Positions 25,582 through 32,733 are shown, counted from the stretch's first letter. The stretch is DNA of 35,952 bases from an uncultured Mycoplasmatota bacterium (GCA_947296775.1 CAMYRF010000002.1:1-35952); one strand, 5' to 3'. The notes: a model not told the origin generated them from the letters alone. Numbers and translations: made by a program.

Positions 25582-26949
25582 TCACTTCTTAATAAATCCA
25601 CGCTGTTTAGCGTAGTGGTAAGCCCAGCCTGATTTGTAACCTTTTAATTTGGCATAGGCTTGTATTTCTTTTAGATTCTTCAATTCGTTTGGACGCTTGC
25701 CAGCAACATTATTCATAATTGCTGACGATTGAATTTTCTTAATAATCGCTAGTCGTGACTTAGTAACTTTTTTAAGTTGAACATTATCAACGACTTCAAT
25801 TTCTTTTTCTTCTCCTAATGTTGCCCCGCAATAAGGACAAATATCACCTGTCCGATAGAACGATGCAAAACATGTCGGACATACTGAGACAGGTTTAAGC
25901 GTTGTCCCCGATTGTTTATTTTTACCATTGCCTTCTAATGTCCATTGCCGTTTATCAGTAGGCAATCCGAATCGCTCAACGTTCCCCACGTGATCGATAA
26001 TTATTGCAGTCTTACCTTCACGTGGATTCATTGAGCGCATTGCAAATTGTAAATATAACGATAGCGATTGGGTCGGTCGTAGCATAATGACACAATCAAC
26101 ATTTGGTAAGTCTAGGCCCTCTGTAAATAATTCTGCATTAGTTACAATTTGAATTTTTCCTTGGCGATAGTCCTCAATGATTTTATTCCGTTCTTCTTTG
26201 GGCGTTTTTCCGGAAACGGCCCTTGCAGTTATCCCATAGCCATTAAATGCATTAGCTAACTTAATTGCACTATCAACGTTATAGGTATAGGCAATTGCTT
26301 GCATTCCCTTAGCAAGCTTCAAATAGTGCTTAACCGCATTCCCGTAGATTTTAGGTTTCATTGCTTCTTTGATTGAATCAGTGTCATATTCACCAGTTCG
26401 TTTTACTTTTAGCTTGGCAGTATCAATGTAAGAAGGAGCGTAATAATCAACTGGTGCTAAAAAGTGATGCTCAATTAACCAAGGAACTGATTTACCAACG
26501 ATTAAATCATCAGCAACATCAGTAAAACCCTGTCCGCCTAACCGATAAGGAGTAGCGGTAAACAATAACTTATAAGCCTTCGGAAAAGTATCAAGAATTC
26601 TGCGATATGATTTAGCCAGAACATGATGGGCCTCATCAACAAAGATTATCGCCGGTAGGTCTAGATTATTAACGTGTCGGGTAATCGTTTGAACCATGCC
26701 GATTTTAGCTAAATCCATATTTACATCATTAGCTTCAAACGTCTTGATAACCTGCTGGACAATTTCTTGCCGATGAACCACGAATAAGATACGGTTGCCC
26801 TTTGCCGTTGCTCGTCTAGCAATTTCAGCCATGATAACTGTCTTCCCCGTTCGTGGCGGTTGTTGAACCATGACGGAACGGTGACCAGCACTTATAGAAT
26901 TCATGATGTTATCAATCGTTTCTTGCTGATAATCACGGAGTTCAAACAT
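25582..26949 (-). CDS. SF2 DEAD/DEAH-box helicase with C-terminal zinc ribbon
   Basis: Carries QQPPRTGKT, FVDEAHH, TATP and CPTC...CPYC motifs. Confidence 0.9.
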   Translation of the reverse strand: MFELRDYQQETIDNIMNSISAGHRSVMVQQPPRTGKTVIMAEIARRATAKGNRILFVVHRQEIVQQVIKTFEANDVNMDLAKIGMVQTITRHVNNLDLPAIIFVDEAHHVLAKSYRRILDTFPKAYKLLFTATPYRLGGQGFTDVADDLIVGKSVPWLIEHHFLAPVDYYAPSYIDTAKLKVKRTGEYDTDSIKEAMKPKIYGNAVKHYLKLAKGMQAIAYTYNVDSAIKLANAFNGYGITARAVSGKTPKEERNKIIEDYRQGKIQIVTNAELFTEGLDLPNVDCVIMLRPTQSLSLYLQFAMRSMNPREGKTAIIIDHVGNVERFGLPTDKRQWTLEGNGKNKQSGTTLKPVSVCPTCFASFYRTGDICPYCGATLGEEKEIEVVDNVQLKKVTKSRLAIIKKIQSSAIMNNVAGKRPNELKNLKEIQAYAKLKGYKSGWAYHYAKQRGFIKK

Positions 26950-27428
26950 TATTTAATCACCGTATTACGGTTAGCTTTTAAGTGTGCTCCTGGTACTTCT
27001 TCTCCAGCTTTGAGTGCTTGGTAAATGGCCTGCTTGTCTGGCTTAGTAGTCGTCTCAGTGATTTTGAACTTATCCGGAAGTTTCTTATCACTATCGATAA
27101 TGGTTGAGGCCTTGAAGTTCCGAGCACTAAGCAAGTGATTTTCAGTAGCTATTTTCTTAATACCGGCATCATCAAGAACATCAGTAATATATTTCTTGAT
27201 CCAAGTAAGTTTATTTTTTCGGTAAGTAATTTCTTCTTCCCATGACTTCTTTTTGTCAGTCATAAAATCAATTTCTGACTTCAATTGATCCGCCCATGAG
27301 GCAAGATTGTCCAACTTGGTATTCCGATCATCCTTAATTGATTCCAATGTATCCTTTAGAATAGTTGGATCTAAGTCATCCCGGCTAGCAAGTGTTTTAT
27401 AATTGTCGTTTAATTCAAATAAATTCAT
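26949..27428 (-). CDS. Sipho_Gp157-like protein
   Basis: 159 aa, coiled-coil, placed upstream of the helicase as in Sfi11-type replication modules. Recalled from memory. Confidence 0.6.
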   Translation of the reverse strand: MNLFELNDNYKTLASRDDLDPTILKDTLESIKDDRNTKLDNLASWADQLKSEIDFMTDKKKSWEEEITYRKNKLTWIKKYITDVLDDAGIKKIATENHLLSARNFKASTIIDSDKKLPDKFKITETTTKPDKQAIYQALKAGEEVPGAHLKANRNTVIK

Positions 27429-27700
27429 TAGTCTTTACCTCCTAAAAGAATCGGTGCCAAAATGTCTGCTATTGGATCACTAGTTAAATGTGGGATCCCA
27501 AACTTAACCAATGATGTTGCCTGTGGGAAATTCTCAAGAGCAGTTAACATCATACCGGCCATTGCGCCCTGATCCGCGTCATTTAAGACAAGCACCCGTT
27601 CAACGTTTGAGTTCTTCGCGTTAGCAGCTAGGACTACTACATTTTCATAGTCAGGGCCTAAAATCTTCTTAATCTGTTGTTTCTTCTCTTCATTAGTCAT
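27428..27700 (-). CDS. Hypothetical early protein (90 aa)
   Basis: The ATG at 27700 follows the SD ggaggtaaag. Confidence 0.55.
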   Translation of the reverse strand: MTNEEKKQQIKKILGPDYENVVVLAANAKNSNVERVLVLNDADQGAMAGMMLTALENFPQATSLVKFGIPHLTSDPIADILAPILLGGKD

Positions 27701-27881
27701 TATCTTTACCTCCATAAATTCTATTTAGAAATTCCTCAAACGTTTTTTTGAATAATTCTGGATGATAGGTTAAGCTAGCAACGATCATCTTTGTCAAAAT
27801 ATCAATATCTCCAGAGATCCTGCCATCAAATTTATTTGGATCGTTTGAATTGGTTACAAGGTTGATTTCAGCTTTCTTCAT
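27693..27881 (-). CDS. Hypothetical early protein (62 aa)
   Basis: The ATG at 27881 follows the SD ggaggtgg. Confidence 0.5.
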   Translation of the reverse strand: MKKAEINLVTNSNDPNKFDGRISGDIDILTKMIVASLTYHPELFKKTFEEFLNRIYGGKDND

Positions 27882-28089
27882 TGCTTCCACCTCCGTAAAC
27901 ATTCTTAGTTTCAGTAGCCAGACGTTCTGCTGCAATTCTTAACATAGTTGCCGCATTCTCCATTTTGATGGCCATTGCCATTCGTTCTTCGGGAGTAGCA
28001 GCACTTTGATAGCGAACTGCCAAATTCGATACAAATACACAATTATCGCCAACCCTGGCATTTAATTTTGATAAATTAAACTCATTCAT
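27868..28089 (-). CDS. Hypothetical early protein (73 aa)
   Basis: The ATG at 28089 follows the SD gaggtaa. Confidence 0.55.
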   Translation of the reverse strand: MNEFNLSKLNARVGDNCVFVSNLAVRYQSAATPEERMAMAIKMENAATMLRIAAERLATETKNVYGGGSNEES

Positions 28090-28096
28090 ATATAAT
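28068..28096 (+). promoter_or_regulatory. Near-consensus sigma-70-type promoter on the plus strand (TTGATA-17-TATAAT)
   Basis: The -35 is at 28068-28073, the spacer is 17 nt by count and the -10 is at 28091-28096. Confidence 0.55.
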
Positions 28097-28102
28097 TACC
28101 TC

Positions 28103-28153
28103 GTAAAGTATTTATTTATCGGTACGACTGTTTGCGGCGGTCGTACCTTTTTT
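28103..28153 (+). ncRNA. Predicted ~50-nt antisense RNA
   Basis: The promoter above is followed by the hairpin GGTACGAC (28121-28128) / GTCGTACC (28140-28147) and then TTTTTTATTT. There are no plus-strand genes nearby. Confidence 0.5.
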
Positions 28154-28279
28154 ATTTAGTGGATCAAGAACCACTAGCAGAAGATAAAATGCTAGGATCG
28201 TCATCGCTCCATCATAAGAGCCAATCATTGAACAATACATGATCCAAGCACCAACGATTAGCGCAATTAACTTACTCAT
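28112..28279 (-). CDS. 55-aa double-TM peptide with polar C-terminal tail
   Basis: The ATG at 28279 follows the SD aaggagg. The sequence is MSKLIALIVGAWIMYCSMIGSYDGAMTILAFYLLLVVLDPLNKKGTTAANSRTDK. Confidence 0.55.
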   Translation of the reverse strand: MSKLIALIVGAWIMYCSMIGSYDGAMTILAFYLLLVVLDPLNKKGTTAANSRTDK

Positions 28280-28293
28280 CCCCTCGCCTCCTT

Positions 28294-28422
28294 TCAATGT
28301 TTCTTCCGATACTTCTCTTTCAGTAGCAATGGTTTATTCCGCTCATACAATAAGCTGTACACCAATGCATATAACAAACACATTGCAATAATTAATATTG
28401 GTAATCCGATTAACAACGCCAC
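28294..28422 (-). CDS. 42-aa single-TM peptide with basic tail
   Basis: The GTG at 28422 lies 4 nt after the SD aggaggtgg. The sequence is VALLIGLPILIIAMCLLYALVYSLLYERNKPLLLKEKYRKKH. It is below the track cutoff. Confidence 0.45.
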   Translation of the reverse strand: MALLIGLPILIIAMCLLYALVYSLLYERNKPLLLKEKYRKKH

Positions 28423-28433
28423 TTAACCACCTC

Positions 28434-28760
28434 CTAACGTGGCAAGGATTGGTTCCAATCAATATCTGCTTGATGAGACACAATCCAGGGTAATGCTTTG
28501 GTTACATTGACTCTGGCCGGTCGTCCTTGGCCAGCGTTTAAGTTAATTACCCACGGCTTGAAGACTGGTAACGGCAGGAGAAACATTCGGACCCATTCCT
28601 TATCCTTTATAACGGGCAACTGACTCGTAAATTCCTTGATGCCGACCCATTTATCAGCTTGAACATCTTGCTTAGGTACTAAGTTGTAACATTCCTTAAT
28701 GCGCCTAAGAACCTCATCGGTAATTACCTGGTAATCTTGTTCATCTAGTGATGCTTGCAC
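28434..28760 (-). CDS. Early protein, DUF771-like (excisionase-like DNA-binding protein?)
   Basis: A GTG start lies 5 nt after the SD gagaggtgat. It is the second gene of the rightward-to-leftward early operon. The family is recalled weakly. Confidence 0.45.
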   Translation of the reverse strand: MQASLDEQDYQVITDEVLRRIKECYNLVPKQDVQADKWVGIKEFTSQLPVIKDKEWVRMFLLPLPVFKPWVINLNAGQGRPARVNVTKALPWIVSHQADIDWNQSLPR

Positions 28761-28785
28761 TCCATATCACCTCTCTTAGCCTTTT

Positions 28786-28800
28786 GTTCCAATACGGAAC
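28786..28800. promoter_or_regulatory. Operator-like palindrome GTTCCAATACGGAAC
   Basis: Has the same GTTCC-N5-GGAAC architecture as the site at 29012. It lies between the cro-like stop and the next SD. Confidence 0.5.
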
Positions 28801-28995
28801 TTACGAGGCAAAAAAAATAGTGTCAATATTAAGATCAAATAATTTACTAATAGCAAACATTTCATCTTGAGTAAATTGATTTTTACCATTTTCCTTATCA
28901 CGATAAGCTTTGACACTAATATTTAGATAATCAGCCATTTGTTGTTGAGTCATTCCTTTAACATGTTTTCGTAAATCATATAATCTTGACTGCAT
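28801..28995 (-). CDS. Cro-like XRE-family HTH protein (64 aa)
   Basis: HTH motif MTQQQMADYLNISVKAYRDKENG. The ATG at 28995 follows the SD ggaaaggagag. The track's TTG at 29028 lies inside the operator. Confidence 0.8.
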   Translation of the reverse strand: MQSRLYDLRKHVKGMTQQQMADYLNISVKAYRDKENGKNQFTQDEMFAISKLFDLNIDTIFFAS

Positions 28996-29011
28996 ATTAT
29001 CTCTCCTTTCC

Positions 29012-29026
29012 GTTCCAAATTGGAAC
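29012..29026. promoter_or_regulatory. Operator palindrome GTTCCAAATTGGAAC
   Basis: Perfect 7+1+7 inverted repeat between the -10 of the leftward promoter and the cro-like SD. Confidence 0.65.
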
Positions 29027-29032
29027 AATTAT

Positions 29033-29061
29033 ATATTAAAACCATTCTGGAACAAATGCAA
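29033..29061 (-). promoter_or_regulatory. Early leftward promoter (TTGCAT-17-TAATAT)
   Basis: Read on the minus strand, the -35 is at 29061-29056 and the -10 at 29038-29033. The half-conserved operator GTTCCAGAATGGTTT (29053-29039) fills the spacer. Confidence 0.55.
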
Positions 29062-29088
29062 CTATTTTTTCCGAAAAAGATAAAAAAT

Positions 29089-29118
29089 ATTCCATTTCGG
29101 TAACACAAGTTATATAAT
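29089..29118 (+). promoter_or_regulatory. Candidate repressor-gene promoter (TTCCAT-17-TATAAT) overlapped by a degenerate operator ATTCCATTTCGGTAAC
   Basis: The -10 TATAAT is at 29113-29118. The -35 is weak, which would be expected for an autoregulated maintenance promoter. Confidence 0.4.
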
Positions 29119-29143
29119 TAGTTACATAAGAGAGGTACATAAA

Positions 29144-29785
29144 ATGGAACTAAGTAAATTCATTGGTCAAAAAATCAGAAATTTTCGTGAACAACGTGGC
29201 CTTTCAGTAGAACAACTTGCAGACAAACTTGATACAACAAGAGCAACTGTGACTAGATATGAGTTAGGATCTAGAAAGGCAAATCAAGATGTTTTATTTA
29301 AATTAGCTGAAATTTTTAATGTAAATGTTGATGACTTTTTCCCTACAAGAGAAAAGAAACCTTCTAATATTATTTATCCTAAAGAAGGATTAGAAGTTGT
29401 TTCAATTCCAATCATTGGTGAAATTGCTTGTGGCGATCCGATTACTGCTGAAGAAAATATCGAAGGTTATACTGATGAAATCTTTGAAAAACCAGTTCCT
29501 AGTGGAACACTTTTTGGTCTTCGTTGTAAAGGTGATAGCATGGAGCCTACCATTCCTAATGGCGCATTAGCCATTATTAGAGAGCAACCTGAAGTTGAAG
29601 ATGGTGAGATAGCTGCAGTTCTTGTTGACGATGATAACGAAGCTACTTTAAAACGTATTAAGCATCAAGGTAATTTAGTTATGCTAATGCCAGATAATAA
29701 AAACTATGATCCAATAATTCTTGATGAAGAGCATCCAGGTCGAATTGTTGGTAAATTAGTTAAATATTCAGTGACAATGGAATAA
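29144..29785 (+). CDS. CI/LexA-type repressor: XRE HTH + S24 autopeptidase
   Basis: HTH motif LSVEQLADKLDTTRATVTRYELG. The S24 catalytic motifs are GDSMEP (Ser) and ATLKRI (Lys). Confidence 0.9.
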   Translation: MELSKFIGQKIRNFREQRGLSVEQLADKLDTTRATVTRYELGSRKANQDVLFKLAEIFNVNVDDFFPTREKKPSNIIYPKEGLEVVSIPIIGEIACGDPITAEENIEGYTDEIFEKPVPSGTLFGLRCKGDSMEPTIPNGALAIIREQPEVEDGEIAAVLVDDDNEATLKRIKHQGNLVMLMPDNKNYDPIILDEEHPGRIVGKLVKYSVTME

Positions 29786-29795
29786 GGTGATCCAA

Positions 29796-30674
29796 ATGAG
29801 TAAAAAGAGATGCTTCATATGTAATGATGCCTTAGGAATGTTAAAGGCTTCTTGCATTACCAAAGATGGATATTTAATTTGTGGCAAAGATGCCAACAGA
29901 CTTGATCCCAAACGTCCAGCAAATACTTACCGTGTTCCAATTAAACTTAGCAATTTCATTAGTTCCCATACCGCTAGTGAAATTGAAAGTTTATTAGGGA
30001 TTTCTTCTATCGTACCTTACAAAGAACATCCTGATTTGTATAAGTCAAAGCTATCTAAAGTAACTGAAAAACTTGATTCGATTGCTGATAGCGCTGGTAA
30101 AAAAGCTGATACTTTACAAGCAGCAATTGACGAAATCAACAAAGACGAACAAGAAAAATCGGATGTCATTAAGCAACAGTTAAAGGATGCCAATGTAGAA
30201 AATCTATTTGGTACTAAAAAGGAAATTAAAGCTTTACCAGACATAATAGATATTGATGGTGGAGAAAAAATACTTTATGCAGCTAATGCTTTTATTGAAA
30301 CTCATTCTATCCTTGCAGTATGTACCAATAAGCGTGTAATTTTTCTTGATCACGGTCTAATTTATGGCAGTAAATCAACCGATATTCCCCTTGATATGAT
30401 TAATGGTGTTTCATATTCTAACGGGTTAATGTTAGGATCCATTTCAGTAACTAACGGGGCTATTACAACTCAAATAGAAAACATGCAACCCTACCCTGCT
30501 AAAAAAATGGCCGAGATTATTAAACAGGCAGCTGCAGACTTTAAGCAGACATCAGTACAATCCAATTCTAGTAATGACCTTTCGCAATTAAGAGAATTAA
30601 AGCAACTACTTGATGATGGAGTTATTACTGAAGAAGAATTTACCGCTAAAAAGAAACAAATTTTGGAAATATAA
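29796..30674 (+). CDS. Lysogeny-module cargo protein: N-terminal Cys4 zinc-ribbon-like motif, coiled coil, bacterial PH-like domain, C-terminal SHOCT
   Basis: The ATG lies 4 nt after the SD aaggtgat and 11 nt after the repressor stop. Recognised segments are CFICNDALGMLKASCITKDGYLICG, EKILYAANAF...NKRVIFLDHG...INGVSYSNG and LRELKQLLDDGVITEEEFTAKKKQIL. Confidence 0.65.
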   Translation: MSKKRCFICNDALGMLKASCITKDGYLICGKDANRLDPKRPANTYRVPIKLSNFISSHTASEIESLLGISSIVPYKEHPDLYKSKLSKVTEKLDSIADSAGKKADTLQAAIDEINKDEQEKSDVIKQQLKDANVENLFGTKKEIKALPDIIDIDGGEKILYAANAFIETHSILAVCTNKRVIFLDHGLIYGSKSTDIPLDMINGVSYSNGLMLGSISVTNGAITTQIENMQPYPAKKMAEIIKQAAADFKQTSVQSNSSNDLSQLRELKQLLDDGVITEEEFTAKKKQILEI

Positions 30675-30685
30675 GGAGTTAAAGA

Positions 30686-31120
30686 ATGAAGAAACTTTTA
30701 AAAACACTTTTTCTTATCTTAGGAACTGTAATGATTTCAATAACACTCCTTATAGGTAATATTCATAGCAGTTCAACTAGCTATCCAAATATAACAACTA
30801 AATTTAACGTTGATAAAATGTCTAGTTATAACGAAGATGATTTATTTGCTAGTGTAACTTTAAAAAAGTTCTATGTTATTGGGGTAACAACTGACAATGT
30901 TAATCAATATCGCTTAGTGCTGACACCCAAGCCAAATAGTAATCAATACTTTTACATGACAACCAGTAAACATAAAAAGATTAGTGTAGGTCAGAAAATT
31001 ACGGTAAAAGGGCAACTCAATGGTCGATTAACTATTCCTGATGACAAATATAATAGACACCTTCAGTCTAATGTATTAAATAAGAATGCAACTATGGTCC
31101 TTGTCAAATCTTATAAATAA
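30686..31120 (+). CDS. Lysogeny-module cargo protein: N-terminal membrane anchor + extracytoplasmic OB-like domain; superinfection-exclusion candidate
   Basis: The ATG lies 7 nt after the SD ggag and 11 nt after the upstream stop. The TM helix is LFLILGTVMISITLLIG, with no lipobox Cys. VGQKITVKGQLNGR is reminiscent of tRNA_anti-like OB proteins. Confidence 0.6.
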   Translation: MKKLLKTLFLILGTVMISITLLIGNIHSSSTSYPNITTKFNVDKMSSYNEDDLFASVTLKKFYVIGVTTDNVNQYRLVLTPKPNSNQYFYMTTSKHKKISVGQKITVKGQLNGRLTIPDDKYNRHLQSNVLNKNATMVLVKSYK

Positions 31121-31160
31121 TCTTTTGTCCAACTACTTGATGACGTAAAAAGCTAGTAAA

Positions 31161-31239
31161 TAAAAAAGCCCACCGACAGCTGCAACTGTCAGTGGACCAA
31201 GGGTTGATATTAATTGCGTCCAAACAAATTTTATCAACC
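31161..31239 (-). ncRNA. Predicted ~78-nt two-hairpin RNA antisense to the region just upstream of int
   Basis: The minus-strand promoter TTGTCC-18-TATAAT has its -10 at 31250-31245. Stem-loop 1 is GGGTTGATA/TATCAACCC (31240-31232 / 31209-31201, perfect 9 bp). The terminator stem pairs 31195-31186 with 31179-31170 (10 bp, one G-U pair) and is followed by UUUUUUAUUU. Confidence 0.5.
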
Positions 31240-31244
31240 CTTTC

Positions 31245-31274
31245 ATTATACACAATTTAATAATGGAGGGACAA
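31245..31274 (-). promoter_or_regulatory. Minus-strand promoter overlapping the int SD region
   Basis: The -35 TTGTCC is the reverse complement of 31269-31274. The spacer is 18 nt and the -10 is a perfect TATAAT. Confidence 0.45.
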
Positions 31275-31276
31275 GT

Positions 31277-32401
31277 ATGCCAATAAGTATTAAAAAAGTT
31301 TACGGTAGTTGGCAAGCAAGAGTTCGCTGGACTGACACTAATGGCAAAAGACACTCGAAGTCAAAAAATGGTTTCAAGACCAAGGCTCTCGCTCGTCAGT
31401 GGGGTAATGACCTTGAAACTAAAGTCAATCAAGGTATTGATATAAAAAAAGAGATTAGCTTCTTAAATTATTACAATCAATGGGTGATAACATATAAAGA
31501 GCCAAAGTTAAGTTCAAAAACTCTTAATCGATATACCGTTGTTGGTAATATATTGCAAAAACACTTTAAGCAAACAAACATCAAAAATATTACCAGAACT
31601 ATGTACCAAGAATTTATTAATAGTTATGGTAGTAATCATGCGATTTCAAGTGTAAAAAAATTAAATTCTATCATTAGAAGCTGTGTTAAATCTGCAATTT
31701 TGGACGATTACCTAACTAAGGACTTTACTCAAAGAGTGACATTAACTGCCGATAAGTCTAAAACTTTAGAAGTGCAATATCCAAATGTCAATGAAATAAA
31801 GAAGATACTTAATCAAACTATTAATGGAATGACTGACAGAAGGTACACCAGTCGATACATGATCATTACTGCTATTTATACTGGTATGCGTAAGGAGGAA
31901 ATTCAAGCATTGACCTGGAATGATATCGATTTCTTGCACGATACCATCAAAATAGATAAAGCATGGCGAGAAACCAAAGACAAAGGTGAAAGCAACAGTC
32001 ACTTTATAACTCACCGTTTTAAACCAACCAAAAATAAAGCCTCAATTCGGCAGATTAAGGTTAATCATAAGTTGATCAGAATATTAAGCAGATTAAAGAT
32101 CAATGCAACAAGTAATCTAGTATTTATGGACCAGTTTGGAACTATTCCTACAAGTGGTCCACTAAATGACAAACTGCGCGAAATAATGGCAGAGCTTAAC
32201 ATAAAAAAAGAAAATTTTCATTTTCACAGCTTACGACATAGTCACGTTGCACTTTTGCTTGCAAATGGTATTGACACTTATGCAATTAGTCGAAGATTAG
32301 GACATAATGACATCACAACAACGATTAATACTTATGCTTACCTTATTGATGAATATAAAAATAAGTCAGATAAAGATATCCTCAAAGCACTAGATTTTTA
32401 A
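31277..32401 (+). CDS. int: Tyrosine integrase
   Basis: The ATG follows the SD ggaggg. The C-terminal catalytic pattern is HSLRHSHVALLL...LGHNDITTTINTYAYL. The track start at 31214 has no SD. Confidence 0.9.
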   Translation: MPISIKKVYGSWQARVRWTDTNGKRHSKSKNGFKTKALARQWGNDLETKVNQGIDIKKEISFLNYYNQWVITYKEPKLSSKTLNRYTVVGNILQKHFKQTNIKNITRTMYQEFINSYGSNHAISSVKKLNSIIRSCVKSAILDDYLTKDFTQRVTLTADKSKTLEVQYPNVNEIKKILNQTINGMTDRRYTSRYMIITAIYTGMRKEEIQALTWNDIDFLHDTIKIDKAWRETKDKGESNSHFITHRFKPTKNKASIRQIKVNHKLIRILSRLKINATSNLVFMDQFGTIPTSGPLNDKLREIMAELNIKKENFHFHSLRHSHVALLLANGIDTYAISRRLGHNDITTTINTYAYLIDEYKNKSDKDILKALDF

Positions 32402-32409
32402 CTAAAGCC

Positions 32410-32429
32410 CGTGACCAATTCGTGACCAA
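32410..32429 (+). repeat. Two tandem CGTGACCAA repeats (candidate Int arm-type sites, P arm)
   Basis: CGTGACCAA occurs at 32410-32418 and 32421-32429. Confidence 0.5.
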
Positions 32430-32490
32430 AGTTCACAAATTTGCACCATTTTATACCATTTCTTCAAAAGCAAAATTTAAACTAAAAAAT

Positions 32491-32522
32491 AGGAGAAAGC
32501 CTGCAATAACAATCTTTCTCCT
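32491..32522. terminator. Bidirectional intrinsic terminator after int
   Basis: AGGAGAAAG/CTTTCTCCT is a 9-bp stem with a 14-nt loop. An A-run lies upstream and a T-rich tract downstream. Confidence 0.7.
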
Positions 32523-32626
32523 ATTTCATTAACTTAGCTGACAATTTTGTACCAAAGTACTAATATGCCTCCGGTGAGTATTTCTTACCCTCTTATATCA
32601 ACGATTACAAGGAAACCGTGACCAAT

Positions 32627-32644
32627 CCATGACCTTTTTCTACT
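32627..32644 (+). repeat. CGTGACCAA plus a degenerate CATGACC copy (candidate arm-type sites, P' arm)
   Basis: A perfect 9-mer lies at 32627-32635 and CATGACC at 32638-32644. Confidence 0.45.
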
Positions 32645-32652
32645 ATTATATA

Positions 32653-32695
32653 TAAACAAAAAAGATGACCATTACATTCAATGCAACAGTCATCT
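32653..32695 (-). terminator. Intrinsic terminator after the lysis cassette
   Basis: AGATGAC/GTCATCT stem (32663-32669 / 32689-32695), followed on the minus strand by UUUUUUGUUU. Confidence 0.6.
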
Positions 32696-32733
32696 ATATG
32701 TTAATTACAAGAGAATTTTACCTCTTTTTTTAT

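Larger units (their letters stand above)
32402..32733. other. attP region
   Basis: A 332-bp non-coding gap between the convergent int and endolysin genes. It contains arm-type repeats and terminators. The core was not identified. Confidence 0.7.

Noticed and set aside
31133-31354. 73-aa minus ORF with a hydrophobic C-terminal half, considered as a small membrane toxin between the cargo genes and int.
   Set aside because: There is no SD. Its internal Met at 31246 lies within the predicted -10, and a strong intrinsic terminator lies inside the ORF. The region is better explained as a non-coding antisense RNA unit.
32402-32733. Search for a tRNA gene or tRNA 3' fragment as the attP core.
   Set aside because: No TpsiC-arm/acceptor-like sequence (GGTTCGAATCC-type ... 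CCA) could be recognised by eye. The core remains unidentified rather than absent.
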